Below are positions 1 to 6,290 of a stretch of DNA of 14,174 nt, one piece after another. Under the pieces are notes generated by a model. The model saw only the letters and a list, made by a program, of their open reading frames with translations, ran no database searches and was not told where the DNA came from. Every line of letters starts with the position of its first letter. The stretch's first letter is position 1. A program made the position numbers and the translations under genes. The stretch is from an uncultured Thermococci archaeon (GTDB lineage: Archaea; CAYQAE01; CAYVLA01): contig CAZJVP010000015.1 of the NCBI GenBank assembly GCA_964549615.1, positions 1 to 14,174 on the forward strand, given 5' to 3'.

Positions 1-2
1 TG

Positions 3-455
3 GCAAAAAGGTATGTTGAGGAGAAGGGATCCGACCTCGTCGATCGGATATACTCAAAGGCCGAGACTGGCAGCCTCCGGATCGCATTCTCGGTCTGGAA
101 TGTGGGGGAGGTCTTGGGCGTTCTCGACAGATACCGGATACAGAAGCATCTGTCGGAGCCACAGTTTGAGAAATCATTCCGGAACCTGATCCTAGAATCC
201 ATAAAGATGATAAGACTCGGCTCCCTCATCGTGCACCCGGTGACCAGCGACACCCTTGTGGATTCCTGGGTCGTTGTTCTGGACTCCCACATCTACCAAG
301 GCGATGCGCTGCAGATCGCTAGCGCAAGAGCCCTGGGATGCGATCTTCTCTTGGCAGCCGATGCGGAGCTTATAAAGGCCGCGAGGTCAGCCGGGCTGCG
401 GGCCTTCGATGTGGAATCGGAGGCCAACAAGGTTAACGAGGCCCTACCGGATTGA
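3..455 (+). CDS. vapC: PIN-domain protein (VapC-like type II toxin), 5'-truncated by the window edge
   Basis: The frame of ORF 102..455 is open back to base 3 and reads AKRYVEEKGSDLVDRIY...FSVWNVGEV. This matches the KRYxxExGS segment that follows the first Asp in archaeal PIN proteins. The later acidic motifs GDALQIASA and LLAADAELIKAA are present. The first catalytic Asp and any antitoxin would lie upstream of the window. Confidence 0.85.
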   Translation, partial: AKRYVEEKGSDLVDRIYSKAETGSLRIAFSVWNVGEVLGVLDRYRIQKHLSEPQFEKSFRNLILESIKMIRLGSLIVHPVTSDTLVDSWVVVLDSHIYQGDALQIASARALGCDLLLAADAELIKAARSAGLRAFDVESEANKVNEALPD

Positions 456-733
456 CGCTCACCGCTAGCCTTTCTCCCATACCTTGTCAAGGATGCGGGT
501 ATTGGTGCTGACTGCCTAGAGCTGCCATACGTGCAACACCATTCGGGAGATGTCCCAAATGGGCAAGTTTCGAACAGCGGTGATTGCGAGACTTGTGCTG
601 GTTGGCAGCTGAAACTCAAATGAGCAACGGCATCGCCGTTGATCGCTGGTCGAACGGCGTCACAAGCTGCATGTATCGCCGCGGCTGTGTCGCTGACTCA
701 ACTCCCCAAAAAGCCCAGTCCGTTCTTTCTTGC

Positions 734-1633
734 CTACGGGGAGGATCGCTTCTGCTTCAGTTCGAAGATGTAGGCAAATTTCCTCCGATCGGCCGGAAGG
801 ATGGATTCAAGGATCCTCTCCACCTCCTCCCTCGTCGCCCCGCTTGCGATGGTCATCCCCTCGAGTACGGCGAACCATGCGTTGGTGACTCCGATCTCGC
901 GCAGACGCTTTCCACATCCTCTGGCATGGATTTTGCCCATCTCTTGGTGATAGAGCGTGAGAAGCGCCGGGTTCCTGCGGACGATTTCCTCTATCTCCTG
1001 CCAGTGTTCGTCGCGGCTGCGCTGGCTTCTGAGGTAGGACCTGAGCCTGTCGGCATCCCCCAGTCTTCTCTCCCTTTCCGAGAACGGCAGGGATGTGATG
1101 ATTCCGTATCTCGCCTTGGCTTCCCCGTAGGCATCATCCAGACCTCTGCGGATCCCTCCTCCGAAGATGATGGATTTCCGCGTAAGGATGCTGTCGTAGG
1201 TAATCCTGTCTCTGAAGGGCAAGAGGACGGCATCAACCAGGGCGGGCAAGGGAGGTCCGATAACCTCTTCAAATGGACTGATGAGCCCTAGAACACCATA
1301 CGCCTTCGGCACCCGGCCTGCCTCAAGGAAGATAGCATGGGCCTTGAGGTAACGCAGGACGAAGAACCTCCCCCTAACAAAGTGCTTCCAGCTGCTGACG
1401 ATCTCAAGCTCATCTGGCGGGAATTTGGAGCGACTTGCCTCAACGAACGAATCGATTAAGCCGGGCTGCTCGTAGAGCCTGCTTCGAATCCTATCGATCT
1501 CGCGGAGAGGAAACCGTGCAACATCCCGCGCGGAACCCATGCCGGGCACGATGTTGAGCGTCCTGTTGACGTGGGCAATCAGGGCGTGGTAAAGCTTGTA
1601 GAACAGCTCAACCTCTTCCTTCTCCAGATTCAT
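734..1633 (-). CDS. Conserved hypothetical protein (about 299 aa)
   Basis: ORF 734..1702. The first 23 codons look non-protein-like, so the ATG at 1633 (MNLEKEEVELFYKLY...) is preferred. Composition is that of a soluble globular protein. No catalytic motif recognised. Confidence 0.8.
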   Translation of the reverse strand: MNLEKEEVELFYKLYHALIAHVNRTLNIVPGMGSARDVARFPLREIDRIRSRLYEQPGLIDSFVEASRSKFPPDELEIVSSWKHFVRGRFFVLRYLKAHAIFLEAGRVPKAYGVLGLISPFEEVIGPPLPALVDAVLLPFRDRITYDSILTRKSIIFGGGIRRGLDDAYGEAKARYGIITSLPFSERERRLGDADRLRSYLRSQRSRDEHWQEIEEIVRRNPALLTLYHQEMGKIHARGCGKRLREIGVTNAWFAVLEGMTIASGATREEVERILESILPADRRKFAYIFELKQKRSSP

Positions 1634-1760
1634 CCAGCGCACCCGTAGCCCGATGTTGCAGACCGTGCATCGGCATGCGTCGTCGGCGGCCGGCGCTGGC
1701 ATGAAGGAGATGGCTGGCGTTCCGATGCGGCCATGCGCTCAGTGCCCGTTGGTTGGCACC

Positions 1761-1775
1761 TTATTTAGGTTTTGC
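1761..1775 (-). promoter_or_regulatory. Putative archaeal BRE/TATA promoter for the 734..1633 gene
   Basis: The minus strand reads GCAAAACCTAAATAA, an AT-rich patch in GC-rich sequence with a purine-rich BRE-like stretch before TAAATA. Confidence 0.5.
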
Positions 1776-2452
1776 CCACGCACCACACCACGCACACGCC
1801 CGCGCCCCCCTAGGCCCGGGGCCGGACCAGATCCTCCTCTGGGACCGGGACGCGTGCAGGACCGCTCCCTCCATGTGAAGCGATCCCCCGGCCGGCAGTA
1901 CCCGTTCGAGGGGAACGTTTCAGCTCACCAGAATCCTTGAGGCGGAGGCATCATGCACGAAGCATTCCCTCACCTCTGTGGAGCTTCCTCAGCTTGACCC
2001 ACCTTCCGGGCCTGACGGCGGCTAGGAGAGGGCGTTCCGAGGAGCTAGCCTCCCGCGTTGAGCTTGCTCGAAGGAGTGCCAAACCGTTTCTGCCATGTTT
2101 GCTCAAAGCCGATGGGCCCATCAGCCTCAACGAGATCAAGGGTCGCGTGGCGGCGAAGGCCGTTCGGCATCGGACCATGTGTCACATAACCCCTAGCTCA
2201 GACTCAGGGCAAATGGCATATTGGCTGCCTTCGGCTTCGAGGACATCTTATGCCCTATGAAGCTGGGCTTTCAGGAGATCTCTTGAAGAGTGAAACAGGC
2301 TCGGCAAGCAAAAAGGGGAAGAAGCTCATTTGGTGGCACTCACCTAAAGATCCGTGTAGTCTGAAGGTTGTTGGGCTGCAGAACGGGTCGGGCGGTGGGT
2401 CGGTGAGTGAGGGCTCCGGCTACTCGGGCGAGCAGGCAGGCAGGCCCATAGG

Positions 2453-2460
2453 TTTATATT
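2453..2460 (+). promoter_or_regulatory. Putative TATA box for the paralog pair
   Basis: TTTATATT lies about 25-30 nt upstream of the in-frame GTG (2483) and TTG (2489), consistent with a leaderless or short-leader transcript. Confidence 0.6.
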
Positions 2461-2482
2461 TTCCGTGGGGCAACTCGTCGTC

Positions 2483-3727
2483 GTGGCCTTGACCCCAGCG
2501 AGCAAGTTCGCACTCCTGCTGCTGTCGTTTGTCGTAGGCTTGGCGGCGTCCTCTGCGAAGGTCGATCCGACCAGCGGCCTGATTCGGGTTGTATGCATCG
2601 GTGAGTCCTACTACCCCGAGACGCGGCTGCCGATCATACTTACGGCTGACCCGAGGATAAGATACCAGCCCATCCCGGCGAACTGGTATGAGTCGACCTT
2701 CGCAGCCGTCGGGGGATCCAAGGCCGATGTCTACAAGTTCATGCGCCAGTACCTGCCCCGGAGCTACGAACGCCTTCTGGAAGCCTACGACGTCCTCCTG
2801 CTTTCCGACTTCGAGGTGGACATCATCACTGGGGAGCAGTTCGTCTGGATGGAGAGATCGTGCAGGGAGGACGGGATGGGCCTCGGGAAGTACGAGATGA
2901 ACTGGGATCCCGCCCATTTCTCGACCTTTCCCATCTTCGTGGCTTCCGCGGTCTACAAGGCCTTTCCTGCCGACCTGCAGGAGGGGAAGCTCATACCTAA
3001 GCCGCTAAGCGGCATATACGCGGCCCCGGTTCCGGAAACTGGCCGTGTCCACCCCATGTTGGACCTCCCTGGCATGAAGAACTACCAGGTCCTGGTTTCG
3101 GGCGACTATGGGTACGAGAACCCGAGACCGGGATCGACGGTTGTAGCAAGGTTCTTGCCGAGAAGCGAGGAGGCGATGATAATCTGGACGTACGGGAAGG
3201 GCCGGTCTTTGACCTGTCTGCCCGGCCATGACAAGATCGACGGTGCTGCGCTGGCCCAGTGGCCGTACGCGCTCGATTTTTGGATAAACCAGATGTGGTA
3301 CCTCGCCGGTCTCGAGATCCCGAAGGATGTGGAGCTGGTGCACCAGCTAAGGGAGAAATCCTTGGCCTATTCGTCCGAGCGAGGCCTGACGGCAGCGGTG
3401 ATCGAGTTCGTGGAGAAGTTCGGTGTCTCGACTGGGAAGCTTTTCGACCATCTCGCCGAGGTGGACGGAGTCAAGAAAGCGGCCGATCGCCTATACCTTG
3501 AGGAGAGGTACGAGGAGAGCCTGGACAAGTTGGGGGAGGCCTTCGAGGGGTTAAAGGCGGTCTCGGCGGAGTCGGTCGTGATGAAGGAGAAGGCGCTCTT
3601 CTGGATCTACGTCGCGGAGTGGTTTACCGTGATGGGGACCTTCGTTCTCACCGGCTTCATCCTGTGGACGTTGATGGTCAGACGGCGGCTCTACAGGGAA
3701 GTGAGAGTGACGAGGTCGGGCAAGTAG
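2483..3727 (+). CDS. Secreted, C-terminally membrane-anchored protein with class I glutamine amidotransferase-like (DUF1355-like) ectodomain; paralog 1
   Basis: ORF 2465..3727; start uncertain (2465, 2483 or 2489). It has a signal peptide (KFALLLLSFVVGLAASSA), a PRSYERLLEAYDVLLLSD...QFVWM segment and WTYGKGRS, reminiscent of GATase1-like folds. A helical stalk, a TM helix and a basic tail MVRRRLYREV follow. Confidence 0.85.
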   Translation: MALTPASKFALLLLSFVVGLAASSAKVDPTSGLIRVVCIGESYYPETRLPIILTADPRIRYQPIPANWYESTFAAVGGSKADVYKFMRQYLPRSYERLLEAYDVLLLSDFEVDIITGEQFVWMERSCREDGMGLGKYEMNWDPAHFSTFPIFVASAVYKAFPADLQEGKLIPKPLSGIYAAPVPETGRVHPMLDLPGMKNYQVLVSGDYGYENPRPGSTVVARFLPRSEEAMIIWTYGKGRSLTCLPGHDKIDGAALAQWPYALDFWINQMWYLAGLEIPKDVELVHQLREKSLAYSSERGLTAAVIEFVEKFGVSTGKLFDHLAEVDGVKKAADRLYLEERYEESLDKLGEAFEGLKAVSAESVVMKEKALFWIYVAEWFTVMGTFVLTGFILWTLMVRRRLYREVRVTRSGK

Positions 3728-3788
3728 TGGCGTCGGCTCGCGGTCCTCCGGCTATGGCGGGCACGACTCCGAGAAGGACAAGCGGCCA

Positions 3789-3795
3789 AGGTGAT
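3789..3795 (+). promoter_or_regulatory. Shine-Dalgarno sequence AGGTGAT
   Basis: Archaeal-type SD ending 6 nt before the in-frame TTG at 3802. Confidence 0.6.
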
Positions 3796-3801
3796 CGCGT
3801 C

Positions 3802-5043
3802 TTGAATGCTGGGAAGTTTGCCGTTTTCATGTGGATTGCGACTGCTCTGCTCTGGACGGCGTCCGGGGCCGAGCGCATCGATCTGATCCTCATAGGGCAT
3901 GTCGTGTCCTCGTACAACCCGGTAACCCTCTTCCTGGATCCCGATCCATCGGTCAGGTACACTCTGGTTCCAACGAGCGGATACTACGCCGTGCCGCTGG
4001 GCGACGAGGAGGCAAAGCGATACGTGAAACAGTACTTCCCCAGAACCTATGAGGCTCTCACCAGTTACGAGTTCATCATGTACTCGATCCCGTACGTGGT
4101 GCCTCTGACGGCGAAACAGATCTCGTGGCTGAAAACCGCCGTGGAGGCCGGCGATTGCTCGGCCCTCACCGATCAGGGCGGACTTCGGATGGACGTGCAA
4201 TATGCGGAGTTCTGGGTCTCGTGCGGCATGAGCAGCCTCTTCGCGAATGATGCGGAGCAAGTCCTGCGAACGGGGAGGGTGCCGTATTCCAATGCCAGGT
4301 GGCGCTTGAGGGTACTTCGTGACGCCCCCAAACAGGTGTTGCTGCCCCTTGTTCCGCTGGGGCTTGAACAGATCCCCGCTCTGGGCCTTTTCTACGTCGT
4401 TCCGAAGGAGGGTTCGATCGCGCTGGCTGAGGCCGTAGGCACGTTCACAGACATTCCGGGCTCACCCACGAGCGCACCGTGGCTTCTGTACTACGAGTAC
4501 GGCAAGGGCTTTACTTGGACCCTGTGTGACAACTTCGTTAATCCCTTCTGGTGTGGCATGTACTACGGCAGGGTGGAGGGGGACCTTCAGACGGACGTCT
4601 TGATGAACATCATCTGGCCCAGCGTCGGCTGGCAGCTGCCCGCGGACGCGGCGCAGGTCCACAGGATGCGCATCGGGTTCCGGGACTACATAGCGAAGAG
4701 ATCCCTGCAGGTGGGCCTGATAGAGTTCGTCGATAGGCTTGGGGCCAACCTAGTCCCGGCCGAGAACCTCATAGCCCGCGCGGACCGGGCGAAGGGCGAG
4801 GCGGAGGAACTGTATCTTGACCAGAACTACGACGACTCCTCGGCGCAGCTCTCGCAAGCCTTTGATTGGCTCCAGGAAGCGGCCGAGGTTGCCTTGAAGC
4901 AGAAGAACAGGGCTTTGATGTGGATCTTCGTGATCGAGTGGACCTCCGTGACGGGCACGCTCATGGTCTGCGGGTTTGTGCTCTACAGCCTCATGGTTAG
5001 AAGGCGTTACTACAGACAGGTGGGAACCACGCGGATTCTTTGA
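3802..5043 (+). CDS. Secreted, C-terminally membrane-anchored protein, paralog 2 (about 413 aa)
   Basis: Within ORF 3619..5043. The TTG at 3802 has an SD and begins a signal peptide (KFAVFMWIATALLWTASGA). It aligns by eye with paralog 1: DPSVRY/DPRIRY, QYFPRTYE/QYLPRSYE, YGKG/YGKG, QVHRMR/LVHQLR, IEFVD/IEFVE, LMVRRRYYRQV/LMVRRRLYREV. Confidence 0.85.
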   Translation: MNAGKFAVFMWIATALLWTASGAERIDLILIGHVVSSYNPVTLFLDPDPSVRYTLVPTSGYYAVPLGDEEAKRYVKQYFPRTYEALTSYEFIMYSIPYVVPLTAKQISWLKTAVEAGDCSALTDQGGLRMDVQYAEFWVSCGMSSLFANDAEQVLRTGRVPYSNARWRLRVLRDAPKQVLLPLVPLGLEQIPALGLFYVVPKEGSIALAEAVGTFTDIPGSPTSAPWLLYYEYGKGFTWTLCDNFVNPFWCGMYYGRVEGDLQTDVLMNIIWPSVGWQLPADAAQVHRMRIGFRDYIAKRSLQVGLIEFVDRLGANLVPAENLIARADRAKGEAEELYLDQNYDDSSAQLSQAFDWLQEAAEVALKQKNRALMWIFVIEWTSVTGTLMVCGFVLYSLMVRRRYYRQVGTTRIL

Positions 5044-5128
5044 GGCCCTGGGCTCTTTCCGACGGGATTTCTTGGGAAGCCCTGCGCTCGGCTGCAAGCT
5101 GGGTGAAGGCTGTGTGCGATTTCCGACC

Positions 5129-5138
5129 GTAATATACT
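5129..5138 (+). promoter_or_regulatory. Possible TATA-like element upstream of the flavin oxidoreductase
   Basis: GTAATATACT is an AT-rich patch in the 5044..5266 gap, flanked by the inverted pentamer CGACC/GGTCG. A GGAGG SD lies at 5253..5257. Confidence 0.35.
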
Positions 5139-5266
5139 TGAGGGTCGACCGCGGCACGCCCACCTGATGGTGCGGGCTTGGACAAATCGCATCGAGGGGG
5201 AATGGCTCCTTCGGTGCGGAGGTCCGGAGATACCGAGTGGCATAGCGGTTTTGGAGGGATGCGACG

Positions 5267-6238
5267 TTGAGAATCCTTGAGAAAGTGAATGTCGGTAGTC
5301 TCGTTCTCAAGAACCGGATCGTCATGCCGCCGATGAACACGGAACTGGCGACGGAGGCTGGAGGGGTCACGCCGGAGATGATCCAGCATTACTGCGCGAG
5401 GGCTCCGTGGGTGGGGATGGTCATGGTCGAGCACACATACGTTATGCCTGACGGGCGTCTTTCCCCGAAACAGCCAGGGATCCACAGGGATGAACTCATG
5501 GGCGGGTTGGCCAAGCTCGCGCATGCAGTGAAGGACTGCGGGGCGCCGATAGGGATCCAGATAAACCATGCCGGCTTGAGGTGCGATCCCGCGCTGATCG
5601 GGAAGCAGCCGGTCGGTCCCTCAGCCAAGGAGGGTGGTAGGGAACTGGCGGTCCGGGAGATCCGGAACATAACCGACGCCTTCGGCAAGGCGGCGGCTCG
5701 GGCCGTTCGATGCGGTTTCGACGTGGTCGAGGTGCATGGGGCTCACGGTTTCTTGCTGTGCGAGTTCGCCTCCCCTCTGGCAAATAGCCGAACCGACGGA
5801 TACGGCGGCAGCCTGGAAAACAGGATGCGATTTCCTCTGGAGGTTGTGAGGAGGGTGAGGAAGGAAACCGAGTCCCGGGCCCAGCTTTGGTACAGGCTTG
5901 GGGCGGACGACCGGACGCCAGGCGGAAACACGGTCAAGGAGGGGGCGAGGATGGCGAAGATGCTTGCCGAGGAGGGGGTGGACGTTCTGGACGTCTCCGG
6001 TGGCATGTGCGGGTCCAGGCCCGAAGGCCTGAAGGGGCCCGGCTACTTCGCATACGCGGCTAAGGCAGTGAAGGATGCCACAGGCCTGCCGGTCGTGGCG
6101 GTGGGCGGAATCACCACCCCTCAGGAAGCCGAGGAGGTGTTGACGAGGTGGGGGGTCGACCTGGTGGCGGTGGGCAGGGCCATCCTCAAGGATCCGCTTT
6201 GGGGGAAGAAGGCGATGGAACTTTCGGCGGGCGCGTAG
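5267..6238 (+). CDS. NADH:flavin oxidoreductase, Old Yellow Enzyme family (single TIM-barrel domain)
   Basis: Motifs LKNRIVMPPM, IQINHAG, GFDVVEVHGAHGFLL, SPLANSRTDGYGGSLENRMRFPLEV, VAVGGI and DLVAVGRAILKDP. TTG start with GGAGG 9 nt upstream. Confidence 0.95.
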   Translation: MRILEKVNVGSLVLKNRIVMPPMNTELATEAGGVTPEMIQHYCARAPWVGMVMVEHTYVMPDGRLSPKQPGIHRDELMGGLAKLAHAVKDCGAPIGIQINHAGLRCDPALIGKQPVGPSAKEGGRELAVREIRNITDAFGKAAARAVRCGFDVVEVHGAHGFLLCEFASPLANSRTDGYGGSLENRMRFPLEVVRRVRKETESRAQLWYRLGADDRTPGGNTVKEGARMAKMLAEEGVDVLDVSGGMCGSRPEGLKGPGYFAYAAKAVKDATGLPVVAVGGITTPQEAEEVLTRWGVDLVAVGRAILKDPLWGKKAMELSAGA

Positions 6239-6246
6239 CGCTACGC
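6233..6246. repeat. Perfect 14-bp palindrome GCGTAGCGCTACGC over the oxidoreductase stop codon
   Basis: Read directly; the sequence is its own reverse complement. Confidence 0.8.
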
Positions 6247-6290
6247 AGGGTGAGACGGTGCGTCGCAGGGAAGGACAGGGGCATGAGGGC

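Noticed and set aside
456-733. Small hairpins between convergent genes (CCTTGTCAAGG at 482..492, AACGGC-atc-GCCGTT at 626..640)
   Set aside because: Short stems without U-tracts; not distinguishable from chance.
584-1291. 235-aa plus-strand ORF
   Set aside because: It lies antisense to the more protein-like 734..1633 gene and has no recognisable motifs; a GC-rich shadow ORF.
1653-2492. Short ORFs 1653..1940, 1937..2260, 1951..2178 and 2250..2492
   Set aside because: They have Arg/Pro/Ser/Gly-rich composition, no convincing SD or promoter spacing and no family motifs. Not supportable as genes.
3619-3801. N-terminal extension of paralog 2 overlapping paralog 1
   Set aside because: It overlaps the upstream gene by more than 100 nt. 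The SD, TTG and signal peptide at 3802 give a better start.
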